Of a DNA stretch of 64,000 nucleotides, positions 51,250 through 64,000 are shown one piece after another. Each line of letters opens with the position of its first letter. The first letter of the stretch is position 1. The DNA is from Callorhinchus milii (lineage: Eukaryota), in contig NW_024704742.1 in the NCBI RefSeq assembly GCF_018977255.1, positions 101,000,001 to 101,064,000 on the forward strand. Reading direction: 5' to 3'. A model generated the notes under the pieces. The model ran no database searches. It was not told where the DNA came from and worked only from the letters and a program-made list of their open reading frames with translations. A program made the position numbers and the translations under genes.

Positions 51250-51950
51250 CATTGCAATATTTGTTTCACTGAAACAAAACATCTTCGCCTATGAAGTTTT
51301 ACTGAACCAAAAATGCGAAACACTGACTTACATTTTAGTTGTACAGTCAAAATTCAAACAGCAATCAATTTTGTTTAATGAGTGAATTTTGGAATGATTC
51401 ACTGTTAGCCAGGATCCAAGTTGGTATAAGAGCGAGCTGCGGTCAACTCATGTGCAGTCAAGCATGCGATGGAACTAAACATAATTCTTTGGGTGCCGAG
51501 CTGCTGAAGTGTAACCTAGGAATTGTGTTCCCCTTCTGGGGCTGCAAACTTTATTCTCTTAATCTGACATTTGAATACCCAGTGGTGCTTACTTGTGCCT
51601 TATATTCACAAGATTGGTTTGGATGAAGAAGGCCCATTGGCCCATTTGATCTCATCCTTCCAGAACACTACATCTTACATTCTTCTCCTCTTAAGGTGTA
51701 ACTTAGTGATTTCTAACAGAATTCTTGAATAAGGAAACTTGATATGTGTTACCTTCACTCAAAGTACTCTGATGTGATGAATTTTCGGAGCAGTATTCTT
51801 TTGAGCCTGTATAATGTGAGTGGCTATCCCAGTTATCAGGAGAAGTCCACTCTTGAGTACCTTGTTATAGAATCCTGTTAGAAGTCCCAGTAGATCTCAT
51901 TGCATTCACTATAGGAAGTTGAATTTTTAATGATAAAATCATCATCTTTC

Positions 51951-52258
51951 AAGGGAGTCCTGTTGCTCAGTGAAGGGAGTCCTGTAGCTAAATGGTTAGA
52001 GCACTCGCCTCACAAGTGAGAGACCTGGGTTTGATTCCAGGCAGGGCAAAACCTTGGGCAAGTTTCCTTATTCCATACGCCATATAGTCACTCAATCCAC
52101 GACTGTTTGTGGGACACTGCTGTGCACAATTGGCTGTTACGTTTCGCCCACAAATATACAGCCAATTCACTTTACGGTATATTCTGTGAAGCGCTTTGAG
52201 ACGTCTCGTAGACATGAAAAGCGCTATATCAAATACAAGGATTATTATTTATTTATTA
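51951..52258 (+). mobile_element. tRNA-Ala SINE with duplicated 5' end and larger internal deletion
   Basis: AAGGGAGTCCTGT(T/A)GCT occurs at 51951 and 51973; body jumps from acgcc to gtcactcaatcc. Confidence 0.9.
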
Positions 52259-53022
52259 TAAGTAGTCTGGGTTAACATTGCTCATTCTTATCTATAGCAA
52301 CAGAGAATTCTGTGTTTTGGTACAAACAATTTCACTGCACTAAGATGAGGAGTTTGTGCCCCACATATCTCAGCAGTATTGATACAGAAATGTATTCTAA
52401 ATGGCTACATAAATGGTCTTTTAACAATAGGAACAATAACGATCCTTGCATTTGATGGCGCGTCTTTGCACGTGTTGGAACATCTCAAAGCATTTTGCTG
52501 TATTTAGTGAAAAGTGTAGTGACTATATTTGTTTGCGAACGAGCAGTTAAAACTTTCAAACATATGGCATTACATTTTGTCACTCACCCAATGCTTTTCT
52601 TTGCAATTTTCTCTCATCTTGTTTCACCGTCAAACTATATAGTCAATTCACTTTACAGTACCTTCTGTGAAGCGCTTTGAGACATCTGGAAGATGGTGCT
52701 GTATCAAATGCAAGGATTATTATTATTATCTCCTAAGGGACATTGACTCATCTATTCCCTCTACATGGGGTATGGTTCAATGACATCAGTGGTCCTCAGG
52801 TGACTATTCTAGCAGTTGGGAATCAAATTGTCTTGCTATCACTAGTCTTTAAAAAAAATAAAAAAAATAAGGAGAAACTATTTTAGAGAATTAGAGAGAA
52901 CTTTAGACTGTTACAGCTTTGAAACAGGAGCCTTCACCACTCCTATTCCCCTCTCCCTTAATTATACATCAAGTTTCCTCTTATTATTGCTGGGAAATAG
53001 GTCACTACTATTCCAGAGACAT

Positions 53023-53591
53023 TGTTAGAATTTACACTTTTTGTATAATGTTGCAATCATAACAGATGTTGCGAACGGGTTAACTTTTAAGTTAAGTGTG
53101 TTGTGGGCAGCTGGACTGAAACTCATGAGTTTCCCAGGATCACGTGAATGTCTCAAGGATAACATGTGTACTACTGCCCTGCAAGTACACAAGATAACGG
53201 ACTGTCTCAAGGACAGTGTGTTTGTGTGTGTGAGGCAAGTACACCCCATGAGATGTTCACGTGAACCCAGCATGATTTTGGCCAGGTGACCTAATGTCTG
53301 CACCATGATTAGATGGACACAAGCTTAAGACACCGTGCCAGACCAAGATCGACGCGTGCCCAGGACAGTACCTACCGTGGATCGAAGACTGAGAGCTAGA
53401 AGGCAGAAGTAGATGACCACAAGGAGGGATTACGCGGTACTATTGTTCTGTTAGTGAATCTATTGATTGTGCTTACTTGCCCATGCCCATCGGGAACTTG
53501 GACGAATCCTAGAGTTTAATAAACACTACTCTGGTTGCAAACAGTGGTTGTGTTTGATTGGAACTCGAAAAGAAGATTTTATTTTCTAACA
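53023..53591 (+). mobile_element. Solo LTR (Gypsy- or ERV1-type)
   Basis: TGTTAGAA...TTCTAACA terminal inverted repeat, 4-bp TSD ACAT (53019-53022, 53592-53595), AATAAA at 53518-53523, internal U3-like repeats. Confidence 0.88.
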
Positions 53592-53728
53592 ACATTCAAA
53601 GTCAGCTACAGTACTAGTTAAAAGCAGAACTCCTTTTGCACTACCCCAACTATGTCCTTTCTTCAAAAGAAAATCTCTGAATGTATCAGTTATTGTTTTT
53701 CTTCAGCCGGAAACCAATCACCATGCTT

Positions 53729-54058
53729 AATAATAATAATAATAATAATAATAATCCTTGCATTTGATATAGCGCTTTTCACGTCGGGAGGACGTCCCAA
53801 AGCGCTTCACAGAACACACTGTAAAGTGAATTGACTGTATATTTGTGGGCGAACGCGGCAGCCAATTGCGCACAGCAATGTCCCACAAACAGTCGTAGAT
53901 TGAAAATGACCAATTTATTATTGTTTTTGGTTTTGGAGGGATTATTATTAGGCGTGTGGAGTAAGGAAACTTGCCCAAGGTTTCGCCCTCTGCCTGGAAT
54001 TGAACTCAGGTCTCTCGCTTGCAAAGCGAGTGCTCTAACCACTGAGCTATAGGACTCC
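53729..54058 (-). mobile_element. tRNA-Ala/CORE-like/Deu SINE, young short form
   Basis: Near-identical to 4153; long (AAT)n; inserted into the unclassified repeat. Confidence 0.96.
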
Positions 54059-54644
54059 ACGAGTATCCAACTTAAGAGTATCCAAACCAAACAGAGTTCA
54101 ATGCATCCCATCTCCACATGGAAATCCCACAGATAGATTATTGGAATGGAATGCGCATTCTCTCCCTGCAGGAATATCTGGTTTACCTAATTCCGGAAAA
54201 TGTTAGATGCAAACTACCAAAAGCCAAAGCATGAGGACCTCAGAGAGTGCATTGGGGTACTGTTGGAGTCTAACCAGCTAAAATCCACAACTTGACATTG
54301 ATATTATTGTCGAGCAAGATTTCAGTCAGCAGTGTTCTAGAAGTACGGGAAAGCCTGGATCAGGAATCGGACTATCAAGACCAACCGCTCCAGAGGACTG
54401 GCTCAATTCTGCTATTCCATTCCCAAATATGTCACCTTGTGACAGTTCAGCTCCAAGGAGACCCCGATTGCCTTCCCTCCAAAGAGAATAGTCACTAGTT
54501 GATCATTTGACATTCGACAAGCATGGGTTGGAGCCATCACGAGGTAGATGTTTGGTACGAGGAAGTCCCTGCAAGCTTCCTGGTGGACAACACAGCTCAG
54601 CATGAAATGCATGAGAGTAATGCCACCATCATGGATGGTGTAGA

Positions 54645-55003
54645 CCTGTAGCATATTGGATTGAGCGCTCCCCTCACAAGTAAATAGACCTGGGTTTGAT
54701 TCCCAGGCAGGGCAAAATCTTAGGCAAGTTCCCTTGCTCCACATGCTTCTGTTTACGTAAGTAAGCAATTTAAGTAAGAACCTGGTTAGTCAATGGTGGA
54801 TCGCTTTCTGGGGGTAATAATCCCTTTTAAAAAAAACTTGATCATTCAATCCACGACTGTTTGTAGGACAGACTGATTGTTGTACACTGTTTTGTGGGCT
54901 GCCACGTTTCGCCCACAAAATATAAGCTCAATTCACTTTACAGTATATTCTGTGAAGCACTTTGAGATGTCTCAATGACATGATCCAAGGATTATTATTA
55001 TCA
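54645..55003 (+). mobile_element. tRNA-Ala/CORE-like/Deu SINE, long form, decayed
   Basis: cctgtagc..gacctgggtttgattccc..ggcaagttcccttgctccac.. then Deu domain and tail. Confidence 0.8.
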
Positions 55004-56099
55004 TCTTCCTGTCCACAGTTGGGCACATGTCCTTTCCCATTGAATGATAGGATTGGGACCAGTACACTAGTTATTCTCCTGAGATACAGTCCCAAACATT
55101 TCATTTAAGCATAGGTATTAAGGAGCTGTTTTATACTACAATATCTGTACCATTCCTTAATTATCCTTGGTGATAGTTAAGGAATATTTTGAGGAATATT
55201 GCAATTTCCTCTTTTATTTGTCTACGAGGATTGACCTCATCTGTTCATCCATGTGACAAATGTTAATTGATGCCAGTTCAACCTGACAGCCTTTGTTGGT
55301 GTTGCAACTTCCCTCAATTCCGGAATACCATCTATCTGAGAATCATCTGTAATGGAGCAGACAGTAAACAAAGCTGTGTCTATCCCGGCTGTGACATCCT
55401 TTAGTGAGAGCATTGCACAGTTGGTGATGGGCTTACGCTATATTAATAAGACAGCATTGGCAACTTCCCATAGGCAAGAACTGGAATCAAGAACATTACA
55501 AAACACCTTTGGCCAGAAGCACAATTTGGTCACTTTTCATGTGTGAGCGCAGACTTTGAGTGCCAGTGGCCTGTTCAATCACAGTGGAAAGCACAGCCAA
55601 ACTTGATCTTCCTTTCGTGAAAATTACAACGTTAATTAGCATATCATTGAAAAATAATACAAACAGTACATTACATATTTACATTTGTAATAACACTTTT
55701 CATGTTGGGAAGAAACCCCAAACACTTACATTTCTGGCTGGACACTTGAGCAGGGTGGGAACGAGAGGGCCAGGAAGAGGAAAGATGATTGAAAGCACGG
55801 TCCTTGAGATAGTTCTTGAACTGAAATATTTCCAGTCCATCTCTAATTGTATCAACTGCTCCACCAGTGTGAGCGGAGCAACATCCCACCCCCGTTTGTG
55901 TCACAATGGTTGCTCCAAAGCTGGCCTCACAATGGATTACTGGCCTGTGAAATGAATTGATTTTATTGAACTAAAAGATCAATATTAAACCCAGATCGCA
56001 CTACTCAATGGAACAGCGCTGTTCTCCATGGCTATTTTCAGGCCAAACTATTATGTTGGTGTCAGGGAGGATCAATCTCACAGGTTGCTGATTATAGCA

Positions 56100-56420
56100 T
56101 TTCAGACATCTTTAAATTATGAGGGGCTTTGATATTCAATAGAAGGAATCATTTCCACTGGTTGGTGAGTCGGTCACTTGGAGGCATCAATTTAAGATAG
56201 TTAGCAAATGAGCAAATGGGGAGGTTAGGAGAATTTTTTCAACACCTTGAGTAGTTGGGATATGGAATGCAGTAATTGAGGCAAAATTTATATTATCTTC
56301 AAGAGAGAACTGAACAACTACATGGGTATGAGGAATGTGGGACTGAAAGCATTGCTCTTCAGGGAGCTGGTACAGATCGGCCAAATGGCCTTCTTCTGAG
56401 CTGCAAATTCCTATGGTTCT
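56100..56420 (+). mobile_element. CR1 3' end, decayed
   Basis: FKIMRGFD-like start; GGCCAAATGGCCTTCTTCTG..ATTCCTATGGTTCTA end. Confidence 0.75.
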
Positions 56421-57063
56421 AAACATCATATTTTTTCACTCTTATGGGAAGATAAAATTGCATAGTCAACTTTTTCACAACATTCTATGGGTTTTTACTT
56501 TTAGCTTGTTCACTATTTATAAAGCATTGACCTAGTTATAAAGTTTTGAAGACTGCATTTCTTTAATGTTTGTCATGCGGAAAGTATTGTCATTTGAAAT
56601 GCAAGAGATGTGGTTGACTTTTCCAATTCTGTCTGAGAAGTGTTTTCCTCCGTATAACCTCTTTTTTTAGCCACATGTATTATCTATGATGGTGACAGTT
56701 TTCTGCCTGATAGAAAAGTTTAGATGTATTACTATGTGGCTGACCTCCTAGAATTATCTAGGCCCAGATAAACATAAGAATGAAGGGATTGCGAACTGAT
56801 CAATCTATTCCAGACAAATGCACTGTGGGCAAACTAGTCTATGTATCATAATTATGCTTTCCAGACACAATATTCCCTCAAGCCATCAGTCTGAAGCTCA
56901 ATTAAAACAATGTGAAGATTTTCTACCCAAAAAGTTGGTTGAGGAGCAAAGAGATCTTGGGATTGAGAAAAGTAAATCTCTAAAAATACAAACACAGGTG
57001 GATAAACCCATAAAGAATGTCAGTATGAGTCCCGAGCTTTATGTGCAGAGTAATACAATATAA

Positions 57064-57390
57064 AATAATAATATAATAATAATAAGCTTTGCATTTGATA
57101 TAGCGCTTTTCACGTTGGGAGGACGTCCCAAAGCGCTTCACAGAACACACTGTAAAGTGAATTGACTGTATATTTGTGGGCAAACGCGGCAGCCAATTGC
57201 GCACAGCAATGTCCCACAAACAGTCGTAGATTGAAAATGACCAATTTATTTATTGTTTTTGGTTTTTTGGAAGGATTATTATTAGGAGTGTGGAGTAAGG
57301 AAACTTGCCCAAGGTTTCGCCCTGCCTGGAATTGAACTCAGGTCTCTCGCTTGCAAACCGAGTGCTCTAACCACTGAGCTACAGGAGTCC
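57064..57390 (-). mobile_element. tRNA-Ala/CORE-like/Deu SINE, young short form, inside an old CR1 fragment
   Basis: Near-identical to 53729; flanks (56930-57060, 57390-57680) resemble CR1 (EEQRDLG, gggccaaatggcctccttctg). Confidence 0.94.
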
Positions 57391-60238
57391 ACAGAAAATA
57401 ATGGTTAATTGTATAAAACTGACAGGGCATAGATATGATAGCCATAAGAAGAGGGAGGCTTCGGAGATTTTTTTTCATACAGAGAGTTGTTGGAATCTTG
57501 AATGCCAAGTAAGATGATGGAGGCAGAGTTCATTGTGGGTTTCAGGAAGGAGTGAATAATGAAAGATTGAAGGGATATGGAGTTAGAGGAGAGGGGAGGG
57601 ATAGCATAGCTTGCTCTGGGAGCCGGGCAGACTCAATGGGCCAAATGGCCTCCTTCTGCACTGTAAATTCCTGTCATTCTAACCTTGATTAGACCACATT
57701 TGTAATACTGTATACAGTTCTGTTCAGTGTTACTATCAATACTGTAGATTCTATGGATGGATCTATGTACTTTGGATGCAATTTGGATGCAGTAGCAATG
57801 CTCAAATCTAAGGCAATGAAACTGACAATGTTGCAGTATTTCAATACCATAAGAAGTTATTATCATTAGCCTATTTTAACGGCCACAAAGGATGTAGCCT
57901 AAACTTAATTGAATGTTGTTGTTGAAGAGGATTACCATACCTGTGCTATTATATTGTAAATGGTTTCAATTACTTTCCTGTTTCCTTCACAGGTTTTACA
58001 TTTCTTTGGGTATCAGGTGTTTCTATTGTCACAGTGAATGTCACATTTGTCGTTATATCAGGATTTATGTTCACAGGGTTGTTTATTCCCCAGTTAGTCA
58101 GGATTGTTTTCATTGCTTTTTGATCAGCATTGTCTCAAATTTATTAAAATATTTGTTTAAATGATGCTTGCATTCCATATTGGATCTTATCACATTATTG
58201 AAACATTTTAAAGCAATCAACAAGCTAAACGTTGAGTATTTCTTAACAGAATTACATAATTAAAATGCCTAATTACATTTTGCAGACTTGAGAATGCTAA
58301 CCCCAACTCAATTTATTTTGGGTCATGGTTACCTCAATTAATGTGATATATTTTGCCCACAAATATACAGTCTATTTACAGTCTACAGTCTACACTTTAC
58401 AGTCTATTCTGTGAAGCGCTTTGAGACGTCTAGAAGACGTGAAAAGTGCTTTATCAAATGCAAGGATTATTATTATATTTCCAGTTCTTTACTAACTAAG
58501 AAATGCTGTAAAGAAATATCACAAAATTAGGTGTCAATCTGGCTCAGTTGGTGGTACTTTCACCTCTGGATCTGAAGTTTTTGGGTTCAAGCCCCCATGT
58601 CAGGATTTTGAGTTCACAGTCTAGGCCAATACTCTAGAGCAGTGTTGTTAAACAAAGGTCCCATGTCCCTGTTCAGGTAGATGTTAAGGATCCCACAATG
58701 CTACACAGAAAGAGAAGGAAGTTATTCCCAGTACCCGATCAGAGCATTGTCTGACAAGCTTGCTACGGCTGGGACTATCCTATCTACGAGGGCTTTACCT
58801 TGCAGAATTAACAGAAGAATCCCTGCTCTCAGTGACCAATGAGCCCCCAGAAATTCTAACACTGTCATTAGCAGTGCCCTGGATTACTGTGGACCTACCG
58901 GGCTCAGCAACTGGACTACCAACACAACACAGAGGGTTTACTCAATTCTGGCATTCTGTTGCTAAGCATGTCACCTTGGAGCCAGTTCAACTCCAAGGCA
59001 ACCCTGCTTACTTCGCCCACCAAAGAGAATTTGAACCCAAGAATGAGTGGGGAGCAGTCCATTACTGAATAAATTTCCTTGTCATGAAGGGAATAATCAT
59101 GATAAGCTCACTTCATAAGCTGTCATGAAAGCTCATTTCTTTGTTCCGTCCCTCCTTCATTTTTTTATACCCTACAATATTAACAAGCATCGGAGGAACA
59201 TAGGAACAGCATAGGTCAACCCTCTGATTTTCATTCAGACATCATTATGATCAGTGTGTGTTTATGGTGAGACACTGCATGTGAAATAAAAAAACTCTGA
59301 AACACTAATTAATACTCCTGGGGACAGAATTTTTTTTCACCTGCTGTACTCTTGCCAGTTGGAACAGATGCTGCAGAGCTGAAAAATTCAGTTTTAACAG
59401 TCTGTGTCATCAAACTTAAAATATCTCCACAGAGTCCAGTGCTGTTGTGCTAAACCTTAACTGCAATGTCTATTTATGAGCAGCTCTCACATTTTTTTTT
59501 ATTACTTCAGCTTAAATTTATTGAAATATTTTCATTTTGATTCAGTGTATTATGTGTGTGGCTAACATCGACCTGCTTCAGGGCTCCCACTTCATTCACC
59601 CCACCATTGGTGAGCAAGCTTTCAGTCAGCTTTGAGACATCTCAAAGATGTGATAAGTCGCTATATCAATTGCAAGGATTATTCTTATTATTATCTCCTT
59701 ATTTGGCTGTGTCAGCCTGACACAGTCTCGCCCCCTCCCTACCCTTTGATTTCCTAATCCAGGCTGATTCTCCAGCACAGGGCAGGGTAGGACAGGGTGG
59801 GGGGAGAGGGTGGGAGGACTGAATGCCACATTGTCAGAGATGCCATCATTTGGATGAAACATTAAACCCAGCTCTCCATCTGTGCCTGTTCATGCGCATG
59901 TTAAAAATCCTCATGGCCCTACTCGAAAAGAGAAGGGAGATTCTCTCTCTTGCCCCCACCCCATTATCTTGGCCGACAATCATTCACTTCACGACTGTTT
60001 GTGGGACATCGCTCTGTGCAAATCGGCTGCTGCTTTTGCCCACAAAATACACAGTCACTCCACTTTACGGTAAAAATCTTGTGAGGCACTTTGAGACACC
60101 TCCACGATTATGTTTGGATATTTCTTTTGGATGTAAATGTGGAATAATGTATATTTTATTTAAAATTTGTTAACGTAAACTGGGGTCTTTGTTATCAGTT
60201 TTCCCACACCTGTTGCCCCATCTCATGGATCCTCCCAT

Positions 60239-60617
60239 GGAGTGCTCTAGGGTAGTGGTGAGCCCATTCGCCTCACAAGTGAGAGACCCAGGTTCAATTT
60301 CCAGGCAGAGCAAAACCTTAGGCAAGTTTCCTTACTCCACACACACGCCTCTGTTTACCTAGCAGGAAGTTTACCGGTTGTTAGTAGATTGGCAGATCCC
60401 TTTTCTGGGGGTAATAATCCCTCCAAAAACATAATAATAATTTGGTCACTTAATCCACGAGTGTTTGCGGGACACTGCTGTGTGCAATTTACTGCCACGT
60501 TTTGCCCACAAAATACATAGTCACTACACTTTACAATATATTCTGTGAAGCACTTTGAGATGTCCCAATGACGTGATAAGGCCTATATTAACTGCAAGGA
60601 TTATTATTTATTATTAT
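60239..60617 (+). mobile_element. tRNA-Ala/CORE-like/Deu SINE, long form
   Basis: Head, cacgcctctgtttacctagcag, Deu domain, (ATT)n tail. Confidence 0.88.
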
Positions 60618-61362
60618 TTTGGCCCGCTCTCTAGAACTTGAATCTCCCACTGTTAATTCTGCCATCTCCCTCCCCCCTCCCTTTCTCCCCAGCTTTAAAG
60701 GCTGTGCTTTTGGACTTCATTGATCTACTCCTCCTCCCACCATCCTCAGTTTCCCCCCAGCTGACTCAGGCTCCTAGTCAAGTATATGAAGTACTTTGAG
60801 ATGTCCGCCCAACATGAAAGCCACTATGTAATTGCTGATAATAAAATCATTCTATTGTAAGATAATTCTTCCACAGTTAATGACCACCAAAATCATACAG
60901 TCAAAGATATCAAATAAAATAAAGAAATAAAGGAAATTAGATAAAAACCTAAAACGAAAATGCAAGCATATGGGGAAAGGCAGGTAAATGGGACTGAAAA
61001 GATTGCTCTTAAAAGAGCCACGATAGATATAATGGGATGAACGGCCTTCTTCTGTCTTGTAAATTTCTATGGTTTTAAATTGTTTTCAAGAAATTTCAGT
61101 CTCTGGTGCGATATTGTTCAACTATAAAATTTTCAACTGTAATTGTTCATCTTGAGAGCAGACTGAAGTATATTGTTTTAGAATTTAAATGATTTTTCGT
61201 GGTTTCATTGCTAGTTTTCTTGACAATTTGCAGATGTTGCAGAGGCTGTGTTGTGATAATTTGAATATAAAAGTGCACACACAAATAAATAATTCAGAGA
61301 AACAAACATTCTTGTTCTACATTAATGCAATACAATGTAGCTAATTAAATAATTTTAATTCT

Positions 61363-61995
61363 CTCAACTGTCTTTTCTTCCCCACATCCAAGCCATGACC
61401 CGCTCTGCCTTCCCTCACCTTCGTAACGTCGCCCGACTCCGCCACTACTTCACCCCTCAGGCCGCTGAAACTCTTGTTCATGCCTCATCACCTCCAGGCT
61501 CGACTATGCAAACATGCTGCTTGTCAGCCTTCCGAACTCCTCCCTCCACAGGCTGCAGATAATAATAATAATAATAATAATAATAATCCTTGCATTTTGA
61601 TATAGCGCTTTTCACATCGGGAGGATGTCCCAAAGCGCTTCACAGAATAGGCTGTAAAGTGAATTGACTGTATATTTGTGGGCAAACGCGGCAGCCAATT
61701 GCGCACAGCAATGTCCCACAACCAGTCGTGGATTGAAAATGACCAATTTATTATTGTTTTGTTTTTTTGGAGGGATTATAATCCAGAACTCTGCAGCCCA
61801 TGTCTTCTCCCACACCAAACTCCGTGATCCCATCTCCCACACTCTCGCCCGCCTCCAGTGGCTTCCTATCCTTCAGAGGATCCACTTCAAAATCCTGGTC
61901 CTCACCTACAAAGCCCTCAATAATCTCGCCCCACCCTTCCTCTGTGACATCCTAACTCCCTACCCCGCCTGCTCCTTCCGCTCAGCTGGATTCCC
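61363..61995 (+). mobile_element. L2 fragment interrupted by a 5'-truncated SINE (61558-61781, minus strand)
   Basis: QLSFLPHIQAM..RLQI [SINE] IQNSAAHVFSHTKLRDPI..FKILVLTYKAL. Confidence 0.9.
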
Positions 61996-63829
61996 AGCCA
62001 GCAGTGTCAATTACTTTGAGACATCCTCACAATCTGAATGATGCTATAGAAATGAAAATGATATTGTATTTCATGATACAATCCTCCATTTGTTGACAAA
62101 TTTGCAGACCTTGGATCTTCTCATAAAGTACAGCTTGTCAGTAACTAATGGGTTTGTTGATGATTACAGTGATGGAGGTGTCCCTGGGCTTCTCTGCTTT
62201 GGGAGTGCTGTTGAGGCCATGTCATGCATATAATTGGAACATGCGAGTGTGAGTGGAACCTCATTATATTCATAAGATCCCAACACCATGTTATAATGAG
62301 GTGTGATATTTGTGCAGCCAACCAGCTCCCAACCTATGTGCAGTTTGGTTCTCACGGTAATAGAATAATGGGCCACTCCTGGGCCATAAGGTCACCCCAA
62401 TATTACTTCCTGGTTACTGTGCACACACAAACAGGAAGCAACATTGGTGGTTACCTAATCACTCGGAAGTAGTCTAGACTTCTACACCAAATGCAAGGAT
62501 AATTATTATCTTTCCCTTCATGTCAAGCTGTTCATTTATCTAAGGTAATGAGTCCTTGTGTCTTCCTCAGGAAGTGATCCAGCAGACTGCTTCATACACT
62601 TTGGGAGTTAAATGTAACCTGATTGATAAAATAGCTTTATTTCTTACGAATAAGATTTTCCAATTTTCCAGTGAAAAATCACTACTGCATTTTTAGTGAT
62701 CAACTTAAATGACCCCATTTAAATTTAGATGGAGAAACATGAACTCATTCCAACCAAACCCTGTTGTGTCTGTCCTGGCTCTTTTAAGAGCAATCTTTTC
62801 AGGTCCATTTACCTGCTCATATGCTTGCATTTCATTTTTAGGTATTTATCTAATTTCCTTTATTTCTAATGTATTTATCACAGCTGGTTTCATGACCTAT
62901 TTGTGAATGGAAGTGTTGGACTTTGCTGTAGTGAGCGGAGAGGGGATAATGTATCTCCTTCCCATTAGCAGTGAATGTTTGCACTAGCTGCACATTGTCA
63001 GATATCTTCAATCAGCCAGGAGCAGCAACAGCCAAACAAGATTGTCTAGCTTTACCCACTGTCTAACAGACACTGTGCCTGCTGCCAAAGGCATCTGATG
63101 CTAATACTGTATGCAAATAGTAGAAAAATGTTCCAATCATTTCGATGATACTATTGTTTTGCTAAGTACATACTGTCATTCACAGTAAATACTTAAAATT
63201 CAGCATAGGATCAACTATTTATATTTTGTGCACTTTATATTAGAGCCGCACATATTTCTGCACAACAGAAGCGATTCTAATGTCGTATAAAGGAAATTTG
63301 GAAGCCAGATTTCATATTATGGATCTAACTTGTTGTCTCAATTAAGAAATTCCTTAAATATTTTATATAAAAATATAAAAGATTTACAAGACAGAAGAAG
63401 GCCATTCAATTGATGCGGAAACTGAAAGTTGTTTTGCAAATTTTGAATGCTTTCATAATATACATCATTTTTGTCTTGATAAAATCCAACTAATTTTCTA
63501 ATTTTCCACAGATTTAGGAAATTTAGAATGTGTAGGAAGACAATTATTATCTTTTTTACTTCCCTGCCGCATTCTACCCACCTCCAAATTTCTCTTCACC
63601 CCTCTTGAAGGTTTCTAACTCATTCAGGTATTGGGGTCTACTTATATCTATCACTCTCTAGTACTTTGCCCAAGTGGTCTTCTTTTATGTGAGAAATGAT
63701 ACAATGAGAACTGATACGTCGTAACCGACAACTTCATGACCCACAGAGGAAAGAGTACTATCAATTTAGCCAGACTCCAGCAGAGGTCACTGGTGAACAA
63801 TCCGGAACCAAGGGGCCTGAGGCTAGTTG

Positions 63830-64000
63830 TAATAATAATAATCCTTGTATTTGATATAGCACTTTTCACGTCGGGAGGACGTCCCAAAGCGCTTCACAGA
63901 ACACACTGTAAAGTGAATTGACTGTATATTTGTGGGCGAACGCGGCAGCGAATTGCGCATAGCAATGTCCCACAAACAGTCGTAGATTGAAAATGACCAA
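63830..64000 (-). mobile_element. tRNA-Ala/CORE-like/Deu SINE, young form, runs off the window
   Basis: Tail and Deu domain nearly identical to the 53729 copy. Confidence 0.92.

Noticed and set aside
59341..59400. 38-nt minus-strand exon candidate (ttttcAG ... CAG|GTGAAA)
   Set aside because: Short pyrimidine tract, weak donor and no supporting similarity

Overview
Eukaryotic, AT-rich, repeat-dense non-coding DNA (a large intron or intergenic region). The repeat set points to a cartilaginous fish, most likely a chimaera/holocephalan; this is inferred from repeat recognition only. It includes CR1 LINEs with (ATTCTATG/TTCTTATG)n tails, C-rich L2 LINEs with (TTG)n tails, SacSINE1-like DeuSINEs, and a very abundant tRNA-Ala/CORE-like/Deu SINE with (ATT)n tails. 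No intact protein-coding gene is present; nearly all long ORFs in the track are decayed L2/CR1 reverse-transcriptase fragments or their antisense frames. Less common elements read from the sequence: a decayed RTE/RTE-X-like LINE (~29.6-31.9 kb), a PIF/Harbinger transposase relic, two Tc1/mariner deletion derivatives with TA target duplications, a solo LTR with a 4-bp TSD, a ~190-bp palindrome carrying two head-to-head minimal hammerhead-like motifs inside a 12-bp TSD (Penelope-like), an unclassified dispersed repeat, and a candidate 27-nt minus-strand microexon of an unidentified host gene. I found no evidence of a CRISPR-type or other multi-gene system. Boundaries of old repeats are approximate.
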